DNA of 64,000 nt, taken from assembly GCA_021613535.1 (NCBI GenBank), contig CP075494.1:7750001-7814000 (forward strand), in the 5' to 3' direction. How positions within the stretch are numbered: the first letter of the stretch is position 1; every line of letters starts with the position of its first letter. The position numbers were made by a program, and so were the translations under genes. The notes beneath the pieces were generated by a model. It saw only the letters and a list, made by a program, of their open reading frames with translations, searched no databases and was not told the DNA's origin. Below, piece after piece: positions 11,046 to 25,500 of this stretch. This stretch comes from Adineta vaga (lineage: Eukaryota; Animalia; Rotifera).

Positions 11046-14000
11046 TTAACATCGTTCCGATATTGTTCGACGATTTGCTTGTCGTGGTTGACCACGATGA
11101 CGAGCTGGAAAATAATCACCTGATGTTTTTAAAGAGTTTGATGCATCACTGTTCTTGGCAGCCGCTGCAGCAATAGCTTCCGGTGGTGGAACAGTCTATT
11201 AGAAGGAGAAAAAAAAGAGAAATGGTTCTATCAAAAGAAATCAAATTCAATTACTATAATTCCTGATTTCGTTGGATAGAATTGTTGTGGAAATGAAGCA
11301 CCATCCACACGAAAATCTTCAAGACGTTTGAAATTCTTCAAGATTGCTTCTAACTTAGGATCAATTTTTGTTTTTTGTCGAGAATATTTGAGAAAAGCCC
11401 AAAATTTCTCTAAACCATATAATTGACCTAGTTAGCAAATGTACATAATAGTTTCAATTGAATTTCATTATTTATGTTTATCTCTTACCAGCTTCATGAT
11501 CACGAAGAGTTTCACGTTGAAAATCTTCAAATACTTCTTTACGAAAATGTTTTTCAAGACCATATGTATAAAATCGAAATAAACATTCAACACCATATCT
11601 ACATATGCAATGAAAACAATTGAATTCTGTCTTTTTTGTTCATTTCTAAGTAGAAAAATGTATATTTACCGATGATCAATTTTTGCATCTTCAACAGCAT
11701 ACTGTTTAAATTCATTATACATTCGACGATTGAAATTTTCACGAAGAAAAAATGACCAAAAACGATAGAGTGTGTTCATTTCCATGGATTGACCTGGACC
11801 GTGCTTAGCACGTTCTATGAGTTGCAAAAAGAAAAAAAATAAATAATCACATATATTAAATTAATATTTTAAGACACTTGAAGAAAGGTTTTATTTGTAC
11901 TCGTTGTATCTCTACTATTTTAAAGAACTTTTTTTTCTGTTTACCATCAAGACATTGTTGTTTATATTTATTGTAAACTTGTTGAGTAAATCCATTTTGT
12001 TGTAAAAGTGAATGAGATGGATGTTGAAATTGAGGTATTTCCACAGGTGTTGAACCATGAAACTCATATGGATTTGCATTATTTCCATACCAATAATGAG
12101 AATCATTATGTGATGATGAATAGTAATCTTGTTGTCGACTGCTAAGTAAATGAAATCATTTAGTAATCATATCGAAACTTAATTCTCGAATAACTATAAA
12201 TAATAATAATATAGAAGTACCGAAGCAAAATGAGTATGTTATAGATTGTATGATCTTATATTGTCATAAGATGAGAAATTTGACTATAATATGTCAAGTC
12301 TTCTCTCAAATATTCTCAATACATATGATTATTCAGAAGAAGAAAAGATGGAGTTTGCTTACGTTGAATTCGTTGTATTGCTTCGTTGTCTTGTTGTCGG
12401 ATGATCACGAGAATCAAAAACCCAACCGACTGAACTCTCTACTGGTGGATTATCACTATGACGTGTTTTACGTTTCAAACCAGGTGTCTAAAAAAATAAG
12501 AATAACATCTGTGTTATTGAAAGTAACGACATTATTTTTAGAATGTCTTACATCAGCTTTCACAACGGGTGCATCTTTCGTAACCGGATAAAATCGAGCA
12601 ACATTCTTGGCACGTGAATGAGGTGTTCGTGGTGTTTCTGGATTGTTATCAGTTGTATCCGTAATTGAAGGTAATGGTACAAATGGATTCGTATCACTTG
12701 ATTTTCGTAGATTATTTGGTAATGATTGAGATATGAAATCATTTGCAAGTGGCTGTAAGGTAGATTGTTGATTGGCACCATGTAAATGTTTTGGGCGAAA
12801 GAATGGTTCAACCTGTGGTAGTGGCTGAGCAGGATTATTTGAGCGAACGATTGCAATAGCTGGAGTACGTGATTGATTTTTAGTCGTTGATGTTGATTGA
12901 ACATTTTCTAAAATATGTCAAAAGATTAAAATATGCGCACAATCATTGGATTAGTAAAAACAAATGCGACTGTATTTTCAAGTGAATTATAATCTATTTA
13001 CCTTTTTCAACTTGTGATTGAGTATTTTCATCAACTGTCTCATCTGCATTAGCACTAGCCGTTTTGTCCCTCGCTTTTAATGATTGTTTTCTAATTGCAT
13101 TCATTTCTTCTTGACTGATTAATTTCACTGTTTTATCGTTAGCATTTTTTGATGGTCGATCAGGATGCCATAATTCTGCTTCATATCGTCTTAAACCATC
13201 ATCAATAATTTTCGCTAATTCAGCTGTCATTCGTGCTCTTGGTGTATGTTCACCAGTACGATCATGAGATTTCTGATGCTGTTTACGATTTGATGGTGGT
13301 GTTGGTGTAATAATAAGAATTTTATCAATATCATTATCATCTAATTCAAAATCGGATTCTTCATCTTCACTGAAAAACAAAAAAAGAAATTTCATATTTT
13401 ACAAAAATCGACGAGAGCAATTCAATATCATACTTTTCTTCATGCACATCTAATGTTAATGATGTAGTACGACGTCGATTTGGTGGAGTAAATGTTGTTG
13501 CATTAGTTGGTTTATTCGGTAATTCTTCATCAAATTGGAAATCTAACTCTTCACGATTATCGTCTTTGGTTATCTGTTCTGATGGTACTATTTGATTTTG
13601 TTGTTCTTTTTTCTCCTAAACAGATGAATTATAGATTAGATTGATTCATAAGAAATGTAATAGAAACCTTTTTCTTTGCTGGTTTTTTCCTTTTTGATGA
13701 AACTTGATTCCAACTCAATTCATTTTGTCCATCTTTTTCTGACACTGTCGATTCATTTTGTAGACTTCTATCACCTAATTGAAATACTTTTTGATTAATT
13801 AAAATCAAAAGAACATCTTTTTCATTACTTTGATTTGTTTGTTTCCAGACTTTTCCTGGTTGAAAATCTGGAACATCAGGATTTAATTCTGTTAAATGAT
13901 TGTTTACATCAGTTAACAATGGCCATCGAGTCGGATCAGTTCGACAACGTACCATACATTGATCATTTAGTTCAACAACAAGACTATCTTGAACTGCCTA

Positions 14001-15651
14001 AAAATACAAACGTTGGATTTCGAGAAAGTAATTTGCAAGAAAAAAACTTACATCAGCTATTAATTGAATATCATCACATAAGGATCGAACACGATTAAAA
14101 CTCGCAATAAGTGATAATGGAACATAACCATCTTTAGTCATTTGTTGTCGAAGAAATATATCTACTGCAAGATTTTCTATACTGAAATAATATTCACTGA
14201 AAAAGAAAATCAAAAAGAAAAATAGTCAACAAAAAATATTCATCAATCAAAAAAGAAAATCAATTTACACTTGATGTCGAAGAAGCTCTTTTAATTGTTG
14301 TTCAGTATAAGCAGGTATAAGCGGAGTAGTATATTCACTAGGATTAGTTAAAGGTAAATCTGTAGTTGGTGATGGAGTTGTCGGTGGATAATAATAAGCA
14401 TTTTCAATATATGGTAAAACAAAAGAACAATCATCAACAACAACAGCTTCGTCATCAAATATAAATTTATGAACATCACGAATTGGATTATTAATACCTG
14501 AAAGAATCCAATAAAAAGCGATGCATTTCAATATGTCTCTATATCTAATATTCGAAAGCAGTGATTATTTGTACAAGTAAGAAATCATCATAAAATAGAT
14601 CTTGGTTAGAAAAATGATAGCTTATTTCATCTTGGTTATTATATCAATCATTTCTATGTAATCCTGAAAATCGTTAACAATACATTTCAGATCAACGTAA
14701 TACTATTTACTATCAGGTTAATAGAAAATAAACAGATGAATTCTTCCATGAAAGCGAAAATTTATATTGTCACAATGAATATGATTAGTATTTCAGTATG
14801 AGTACCCCATATATATTTGATATTTGCAAAATCTCATTGATTAAACTCGTTATGAGTAATCCTCATTCTACAAAATATAAGCAAAACAACTAACCTGTTG
14901 CATGATCACTCGGTTCCATAGCGCCTGCTACTTCTGCTTTCTTCTTTCGTTTGCCTTGTTTATCAGGATACCATTGAGCTGCATTTCCACTTTGGTCATA
15001 ATCTAAACAACAAATAGACTATTTTTCTCGATTGAAATATATGCTATCATAACGTACAATAATAAGCATAGTAATCTTGATATGGATTATAAGCGGTTGC
15101 TGCTGTTGCTGGTACTGCTCCAGTTGTTCGATTCTTTCGATTTCGTTTAGGTGTAGCACCATCAAGACTACGTGTACGATTTCGATTTCCTCCTCGTCCA
15201 TTACGAGTATTTCGACTAGACCGATTTCCTTTCGTACTAGGTGTTTTAGCTGTATTTTGAGGACTTGTTGTAGTTGCAGTTACTGTTGCTACATCACCCT
15301 CGGTACTTTCTAATGGTAATGGAACCCATTTTTGTTTGCCTAACAAAAAGATTTTTTCCCTAACATATCATCTGTTTTGATCGTCTTCTACCTTTTCGAT
15401 TTCGTGTTCGAGGTGTATTTGGTTGTGAGGTAACCGGTTGTTCATCAGTTGCTTCAGCAAGACTTGGCCAATCTTTTGGCTTTGATAAAATATATCAAAA
15501 TTTATAGAAAAGAAATCAATTATTGTCTTACGGGTAGAATAGCAGAATCAGGTGGTGTTTCTATAGGATTTTCATTAGTTGAATTTGTTGTAGAGGATTG
15601 TTGCCAAGCTGGACAGCTGGTCGAGTTTGATATGGCTGTTTCGTTTGGCAT
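11046..15651 (-). CDS. LARP1: La-related protein 1
   Basis: KQKWVPL motif, La motif [19 protein letters not shown]...[15 protein letters not shown]2-like [11 protein letters not shown], and DM15 repeats FQHPSHSLL...[18 protein letters not shown]...[15 protein letters not shown]...[13 protein letters not shown]. Confidence 0.95.
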
Positions 15652-16549
15652 GGGTACCTCGTGTTCTTTTCAGAACAAAGTGCGATAAAATACTGAAAAT
15701 TTAATTGAGTCGTAAATCTGAAAATAAAAAAATTTCGTTATGTTTTCGTATTGTTTTGCGATTATTCAAACAAAAGAAAAAGTGTCAGAGCACGTGAGAC
15801 TGTTAGCTGAAGCTACTTTTGCGTATTTCGTACATGTGTAGATATTACTATAAGGTATATGTTGTTGTCCAGATAATTATAAAATATGGATCAACAGATT
15901 ATTATTTGATTGACCAAATTCTCTTATCAATTCAACCAATAAGAATTGATTACTAAATGATTCTCTAAGCCTCAATCGAAACTATTCGAATTACAGTGCA
16001 GTTCTTATTGTTTGATATAGATTAGTATTTTATAAATATCAAAGTCAATAAAAGAAAGCAATCATGATATTGATGATGTCGCTAATATCGAATGTGTTCT
16101 ATAGTAGTGGATACCAATGAAGAAACAAATACGTCTTATCTTTCTTTTCATGCATTGTTAACACTTTCTAATGTCCTATAATCGAGATAATAGCAATGCA
16201 CTACAAGTTCAAAACCAACATGATTGTGTCTGTATAACTTTTGAAGAGAATATTGTGCGATATCTTATCATACTGATAAATCTACATTTTGTAAGTATGA
16301 GAATATGTTTCAATTCTAATTCATCTGTTCAAAGTTTCAACAGCTGTATCTAAGACGAACAAATCAGAGCATCGCTTTTTTGTCAATAGTTTAACAAAAA
16401 TAGAATAAATCAATGATATTTCGACTAATCATACATATTAATTCTTTTTTTTATTCCTTAATTGATCAAAAACAATCCTTAATCTACAAATATCCTTATT
16501 TAAAACAATTGGAAAACAAAAGGTTCACTAATTTCAAAGTTAATTCAAT

Positions 16550-19500
16550 TCAATTTGTTGGACATGAATGTTGAATATCATCAATGGCATGAAGTGCTTT
16601 AGCATATCGCATGGAATTCTGATCATCATTATCATTATCAAAAGCAACAATTTTCATATTTGTAAGACAACCAATATATACAGGTATATCATCAACAATC
16701 GGTGGTAATTTATTCATTTTACCAATATATAATGGTCCATTTGTATTTAAATCATAATCATTTAATAATAATTCTTCATCGATTTCATATTTATCAACAT
16801 TTAAACGGATAAATGTGAGATCTTTTTGAACATGGACTGTATGCCATTGACCATTACACATTTCATTATCATTATTATCATTTGGCCAATGAACAACATG
16901 AATTTCATCAATATTATTTTGCAATAAAGTTACAACAATATTGCCTTTATCAAGATAGATGAAGAGATAATTATCTTCATTTGTATTTGTTGCAGCTAAT
17001 ATAAGACCACTTTTTACACGAGATTTAAATTGAAATGATATATTAAATCGTTGGCCAAGACGAAAAGAATTTTCTAGAACGAAAACAACAATGAAGAACT
17101 TGATTTTGAAAGAAATGTTTCTCCTTACCGAGAATAAGTTGTTTTTGACCATTGATAAAAACTCCGGATTCTTCATTTTCATAACATGTTTTTATATTGA
17201 CATCTGTATCGAATGTTTTGGGTTGATTATCGATTTGTACCGAACTAAGACAACCTTGAAATTGAAGATGATGAAATCGAGTTTTAAAATGATGTAATTG
17301 ACGACGACGATGAGAATGATAGGTTTCATCCGATGGAATATTACCAAAATGATAGATTCCATCTGTTTCTAACGTTGATTTTGTACCTATAATTGATTTG
17401 AAAAAAAATTTGAGTTTTTCTCTTAATGAAATGAAATGATATGAATCTACCTGGTGGAATGATAAATCCTTGTGAATAGGAATCAATGTATAATGATGCA
17501 TTATTTCCATTTCGTATGACATCAATTTGATGCCATTGATCATCATTAACTCGATTAGTACTTTCAATTTCACCTTTGCCTGATCCACAATCAAAGGCAA
17601 ATACTAATCGACCTTTATGTAACCATATAGCAATAAATTCATTCAAGACTGATGAATCCGATGCTAAAGAGAAAGTACAAATAAAAATTAGTCTTCAAAT
17701 TTCGTTTCGACTTTATCAAATATTTACCATCACTTCCAGAATAGAATATTAGACCGTGAGTAAATCGTGTTCGAAATTTCAATGAAATATTCATAGCATG
17801 ATTTGTTGAAGATTCGGCTATGGTGATTTGTCCACGACTTTCACGATGATCATCACCGAAACGATAACCAATATCTTTACCATGATCATTGGAAGGATTT
17901 GTTGGTAATTGACACGAACGACGAGAACGAGATGAATCATCATTTTCTTCTTCTTCATCATCATCTTCTTCTATCGAAACTGTACTCATTGATTTGGTTA
18001 TTGTCGTTTCTTGTTGAACTTCAGTACTAGTAATCGTTGTGATATCAATCAATGGTAAGATTGAAGTATTTGTATTGAAATCATCATTAAATTCTAATAA
18101 TTTTAGTTGGAATTTTTCAGATGAAATAGGTTCTGTTGCATTATAATCAAATGGTGGATGAACAGCAGATCCTTTGATGTTATTATTGTTATTATTATTA
18201 TTATTACTAAATCCATTTGTTTGACAATTTTGTTCAGCATTTTTCGATTTAACAACATTATTGAAATTAATTAATGATCCATCAATATTAACATCACCAA
18301 TACAACCGATTAAACGTTGAATCTTATTGGACAATGTTTGTGGTACACCACCAATAAATATTGTTTTAAATAATTGAAAATCATTAAGATCAATTTCAAT
18401 ATCTAATTTACCACATTCAGTATCATTTAAATATAAACGATACGATTGTGTATCACGATAAACACTAATATAATTCCACCAATTTGTTGATAGAGCAGTT
18501 TCACATTGAATGACTGGTAACTCTTCATGTTTAACCATTAAACGATTCTTTTCATAATAGATGATTAATTCATTAGTAGTTTGATTTCCATTATTCATAT
18601 AGAATAATGTACCTGATGGTTGATTCGATTGAAAACGTGCTGTAATAGCCCATGGAATAGTTAGGTTTTTCTCAGCTATTTCAACATAACCTTCTTGATC
18701 AAGATAATTAAATTGTACAGTACGTAAAATCTGTTCCATTGAACAAGTTGTTTCAATATTTTCACTTCGTTTGAAATGTTCCGATTTAAATGATAATTCA
18801 ATACGATCAATCATAATTGATTGTATACAACCACTAAAACCTCGACTGGTAATTGCATCACGTAATGAATCTTGTCCAAGATATTTTCCAACATGAATAT
18901 TATCATTTCCACCTTCAATACGTGATTCTTCATCACGATCATAAATTGATTCCGATGCTTGATCATCTAATTGAACAATTAATTCTGTATCTTGTTTTTT
19001 AATTTGTAAACGATGTAATTGATTATCATGAACATTAGCTTCAAGACGTAAACTAACTAATCCACTACCTGTATTCATTAAAATTTCAGGATGAGAATCA
19101 ATAATTTGTACAGCAAAGAAACGTTTTTCAATATCGCCTCCACCATAGGCAAGTAGAAGACCAGTTGGTGTATGAGTTTTAAATATAATCGTTAAAGAAA
19201 ATGAATGTTCAAGACGACGTAGACGTCGTTTAGAAAATATAGCATATCCATCACCTTTCATACTAAAACCAGGTACTGATTCTCGATGTAATACAGATGG
19301 AATTGTTCCTTGATTATAATTCATTGCTGATTGAAAATTCCAAAGACTAACACTATGATCATCAAGACGAACATTTGATATTGAACCAGAGAATGATGGA
19401 TATGTTTGTTGAAGAGATATTTGAGATGGTATTCCACCGACGAGAAAAACGGATCGATCATCACTTAAATCTAAAATTGATTGACCACCATTTGTCGCAT

Positions 19501-22500
19501 CACTAACACCAACAAAAACATCTTTGCCATTGGCATCGACAACAGTCAATTGACCATGTGAACCAATTCGTTCACCTGTAACATCATACCATTGATTGTC
19601 AGTGAATGAACGTGAAGTAACAATGGAAGTTGGCCGTTGTTGTCCAACATCATAAGTAAATTCAACTTGTCCTTCTTGATTTAATCGTAATGACATATAT
19701 CGATCATCATCTTCTGTTCCAGCATATGCTAAAAGACCATCTGGTTCCATTGTACGAAATGAAAGTGCTAATTTAGAATGTTGTTTATTCAAATTTACAT
19801 GAGATTTACTATATGGTTTATGTAAATTAACACCACTTGTTCGATTGAATTGTGCACCAACACGAACAGAACTTACAATTGAACGTGATTCATCAACTAA
19901 TCGACGAATATCAGCGATAATATCGACAATACTTTCTTGAAGATTTATTGTTTGATCATAGGAATATTTTGCTAATCCTAATTGTTCATTAGTATCAATG
20001 TCCCAACGTCTCATACTCTGAATACCATCGGTAATATCAGCGAATTCCATTTGTAATGGTCGATCACTTAATGTTGATGCATTCATTGGTTTTTCTGCAA
20101 GAATTTTTTCACGTAAACGTGCAAATTCATTAGTTTTCGCTTGACTTTCATCGTACATTCGAGTTGAATGAGGTTCTAAATTATCTGCTGTCGATTTCAA
20201 TTCATCAATACGTAATTTATATGCTGGTAATAGTTTTTCACTTGTACTTAAGGAACGTTCATAAGCTTTTAATGAACGTAAAACACGATCTAAACGTTGT
20301 TCATCATTTAAATTTAATTGAATTTGTGTATCTACTGGTGATAATAATGGTTGTTCTAATTTTTCTTTGTCAAGTTTTTCAATACGTTCTCGTTGTTGAT
20401 AAATATGTTCTTGAGCATTAGTTAAATTTTTACTTAATTCTGTCGAAGTTGAATCTAATAGATTGACAGTATCAATGATATTCTTGTAAACAAATACAGT
20501 CAATAAGGTGACATTATTTTGTTGTTCCATGTTTTCATATAACATTTCAAGATATTGTGATGTATCAGTTAGATTTTGTACATAATTGAATACTTGACGA
20601 ACATCACTATGTACACGACGATTTTGTTCGATCGTTTCATTAACAACCGAAAGTAGAGTCTGAATAGATCCATTGAGATTTTCAGCATTGTTTAATGTTT
20701 GTTCATAGGTTAATTGTAAACGATTATAATTTGTCATGAGATCATTTTTTAACAATTGACTTGTATTTGATAGTTTCATATCGGCAGTTTCTTTTAATGT
20801 TATACTTTGCTTTAATTTCGTACGAATTAATGTAATATCATCAAGTGATGTGACTTGTTCGGATATTCTTTGAAGTTTTTCATACGCTTGTTGAATATGT
20901 CTTTCCATTTGTAATGTACGTTGTTCAAATTGAAATGTTTGATTATTCAATTGATCAATTTGTGTTAAATGGTTGACTAAATCATTATTAATCGATTGAA
21001 GATAAGTATATAATTGAGAAGCAAATTGACTGACATTTTTTATTACATTTTGTTCAGGTTCGATTTCGAAACGATCAATTGTTGATGAAACTCTATGGAA
21101 GAAAAAAATGATTCTATGAGACTAATCAATTCAATAAATTTACCTGTCAATAAGATTAACAATATATGTTGGATCATCATTGGTATGTTGAGTTAAATTA
21201 GCTGAGAATGCATCGATATCATCAGCAAAATTGCGCATTAATTCAACTTGTTCACGTACACGTTCATATTGTTTTTGTACACGTTTAGCTAATTGTTTAA
21301 CTTCCTCTTGTTCATGATTGATTTCAATTTGTGTTTGTTTAAAATCATGATCGAATTCATTTAGCAAACGATTTAAAATATTTATTTGATCATTGAGACA
21401 AAATGAACTTGATGGATTTTCATTGGCTAAACATCGATAATTTCTTATGTTTGGACTTTTGACAAGTGTACGATATTCATCAGCACGTGAACGCATACGT
21501 TGAATACGTTCATTCGCTGTACGACCTTGAATAATTCGATCAGCATTTTCAATCGTTCGATTAATATTAATACGTAATTGATCGACATCATCGATTAATT
21601 GACGAGCACACCAACCTTCAGGAACAACATTAGATTTATCACATGGAAGACAACCACGACCTAAAAATTCATCATATTATTGTGTCAATCAATACATTTT
21701 ATGCAAAAAAAAATTGACTTTAATGATAATTTCTTACCTTCAACAATGGTATAATGTTCTTCACATTGATCACATCGTTCACCTCGAACACCTTCAATAC
21801 AATAACATCGACCTGTTTGAGCATCACAACTCAATCCCGTATTGCTGAGATCTCGTACTGTTCCAAATCGATCACATTGACATGGTTTACATCCATCTTC
21901 TGTTAAATCCCAATAACCTGGTAAACATATATCGCAATTTCTAGAAAAAACAAATATACATATATTTCGATTCAAACATTTCTATTTCTTCTTTACTTTC
22001 CACCGACACCAGGTTTACATTGACATTGACCTGTATACAAATCACACGATGGTCCGATACTACCCAAACCACACATACATGATTTACATCCTTCATCATT
22101 ACATGCATGATAACCATAGTGATTTTCTAAACAAACATCACATGTAAGACCGGTTACACCAGGTTTACATTGACATCGTCCAGATCTTTGATCACATCGA
22201 ATAGCACCACATTGAGAACATGAACATGGTGCACAATTTCTGGCTCGAATTGCATCACCATAAAACCAATCACGACAACGTTCACACATAGGTCCAGCTG
22301 TATTATTCAAACAATTAACACAACGGCCAGTTTGTTGATCACAAGCATTCCAATCATATGGATCAATATTTGAGTTACATTCACATGGTGAACATCGACC
22401 ACCTACTTTACTTGGTTCACCCCAGAATGCTAGGAAAAAGACATTTTTTATAGCAAACAATCAACAATCCTTTTTTCTATCGTCTTCAAAAAACAAAAAT

Positions 22501-25500
22501 ACCTGGATAACATGACTGACATCGATCACCATAATAACCTTGTTGACAGAAACATTTCGTTGTTTCACCTGTCGTTGTATTCATTTCACAAGTTGACGCA
22601 AAATTATTCGATTCAACTTCTAATGGACATGCACATATACGGCATGGAATATTTCGAGTTGGATCACCATTATAACCTTGCATACACGTTTCACAATATG
22701 TTCCTATTGTATGATTTTGACATGCTATACAATGACCTGTTTCGACGTCACAAATATCACTTTGACCATTACATTGACATGGAACACATGTATAAGTATG
22801 TGCACCATTGCTACCACTGTATTGTTTATAATAACCGCGTGCACATGTTTCACAAGATGTACCAGCATAATTTGGTGGACAAGAACATACTTCAATACTG
22901 CGTGCTAATGGACGTTGTGGTGAAATATTATTTGCAGATTTGAGATCAGCTTGTTGTAATTGAACGGCAACAAGTGAACTTGATGTTGAATCCATTGAAT
23001 ATGGCCAAGCAAGAATATGTAAACTAGATAGATTACTAAGTGTTTGTAAGAATGTATCACGTGTGACTGCAGCTGATGATCGTGTTAGAAAACGAAAATT
23101 TGCTTCTTTTAATGTTACAGATATATCTTCTTCCGGACGATTTGCTTCAATTGGTCGAGGATAATAATGAACAATTGTTAAATCACGACCACGAAGAATA
23201 ACTAATGGATGTTTATTCATAATTTGATTTTGATTACTTATTGTTGATGTATAACTTAATCTAAATGTCAAATTTCCTCCATAGGAAAGAATTTTATTTC
23301 CTAAATAATGTCGTGGTGCAGACCAATATACAGCAGATTGATCTTTATTATCGTAATTCATAAACATAGTTAAACGTGCTTCACGTCGATCATAACGTAC
23401 ATCAGATCGTGTTAATGACCAATCAGACATATTGCGAATAAAACGATAATTAAAGATACCTGAATGGCATTGTGTTGTGGAACCAAAACAATAACATTTT
23501 GTACAACCTTTTGGATTATCAGCTAATAAAGCAAATGTACCATCGGTACATCGATCACAACGTGGTCCATAAACATTTTCTTTACATAGACAAGTACCCG
23601 TATACGTATCACAGATTGGTTCAAGTGTACCAGCAGCATCACAATCACATTTCATACAACGTGGATAATCATAATGACCTAAATAGACGTACATCGATTT
23701 ATAATGAATAGAAAAAGATATATTTGTAACTACAAACCTGAAGCACAACGATCACATGTTCGAGAACCAATATTAGCTCGACATGGACATTGACCCGTCT
23801 TTAAATCACAATCGAGACGTCCGTTGATAACACCTTCAATTCGACATTGACAATCTTCACAACCAATTAATGGATCTTTAAAAGCAAAACGATGAATGAA
23901 TGATTTTATAGGAGTAAAGAGGAAATATTGATTTGCAATAACAACTTACCAAAACCATATGTACGTGGAGCACATTGATCACAATAACGTCCTGTAACTC
24001 TTGGTGGACAAATACAATCACCTGTTAATTCATTACAAATTTTTGTGGGACATGTACATTGCCGACAATTTGGAAAACCCCAGTATCCTGTATGGCAACG
24101 ATGACAACGTTGACCAATAACATTAGGTCGGCAAGAACATTGTCCACCATAAGGTTCACATTGTCCATTAGCATTTGTTGAGCCGCGTACATCACATGAA
24201 CATGGTAAAGCTTGATCATTAAATGTTGCTGATAGAGAGTAGAGTGCTTGGCGACAGAATGGACTAGCTTGTTGAATTTTTAGGTCATAATTTGGAGCCG
24301 TCTTTGCAATACATTCTTCCACAAACTTCGATGCTCGATCTGAATCCGCTGTAATAGGTACTGGTATCACAACTTTTTCGACATGTGGTTCAATCTTTTG
24401 TGCTGTTAAATAATCGATAAGTAGAGATGTATTGGCATTTGTTAATGCTAAATAAGCAGTAAATTCTGGTTCATCAAGTCGAATTGCGCTAGAACCATTT
24501 TGAAGTGTTACTATTTGTGAACAACCACCTGGTGTACGTCGTTGACAGATTGGCGCATTAATTTCTCCAATTTGACTATCACCTGTTCGACTATAGAAGA
24601 TGACAGTCAATGGAACACTATCTGCTACTGAATATGAATTCGATTGATAATAATGAATATGAAATTGAAATGTTGCTGGATAATTTTCTGTTTTTGCATA
24701 AACATCTGTTAAACGACCATAAACATATATATTTGGTGTTGAAAAATTCAATGGAACAACAGCTGTATTAGGTGGTGCTGATGGAAAATTGCTAGTTTTC
24801 AAATGTTCATTGTAATAGTCTTCAGCTTGAAATATTTGAATTGGCGCTTTTGATGAACTACTTAATGGTTTATTTGAATCATCACAAATAGTTAAACCAT
24901 GTGGACCATCATCAGATGTACCACGTACACAAGAAAATTCCGGTCGAAGAAGATCATAATTGAATTGAGCAACAGGTACAGCAGTTATTTTTTGTATACC
25001 AATAGGACTACTACGATCAGTTTGTTGAACAATATTCAATATAACTGTTGCACGTCGTGTATCCGTAACAGTCATTATTTTCGGTTTACTAATTCGTTGA
25101 TTACCACCATTAGAATATGTTGTTACGATTTGTCGACAAACAAACGTATATGGACATTCAGTTAATACTAATGTACCTGGTGTAATGTCACCATCAATGG
25201 TTTGAACACGGGCATAAGATGTACCAGCATCAATTGTATGATAATCTACTACAAGATAATATTGACCTGGTTTTGATATCATCCAATCATAACGATAATC
25301 ACGGCCACGTTCAATTGTTGTCAATGAATCGACAGATAATTCTTGCAGAAGATTCGAATCAATGATAAGACCATTAGAAACGGAACCTGATGATGGATGA
25401 CTAACAGTTGACATACCATTTAAGGATGGATAATAATATTGATAGCATTCTTCTTCATCATCTAATTCACATGGACGACCAAAGGCAAAAACATCCGTTT

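Noticed and set aside
14500-14895. Long LARP1 intron with a minus-strand ATGATGA box C
   Set aside because: No downstream CTGA box D or terminal stem within the intron.
23938-23952. ACAACTTACCAA resembles part of the bdelloid spliced-leader sequence as I recall it
   Set aside because: It is the reverse complement of a laminin GTAAGT splice donor; the rest of the SL and an Sm site are missing.
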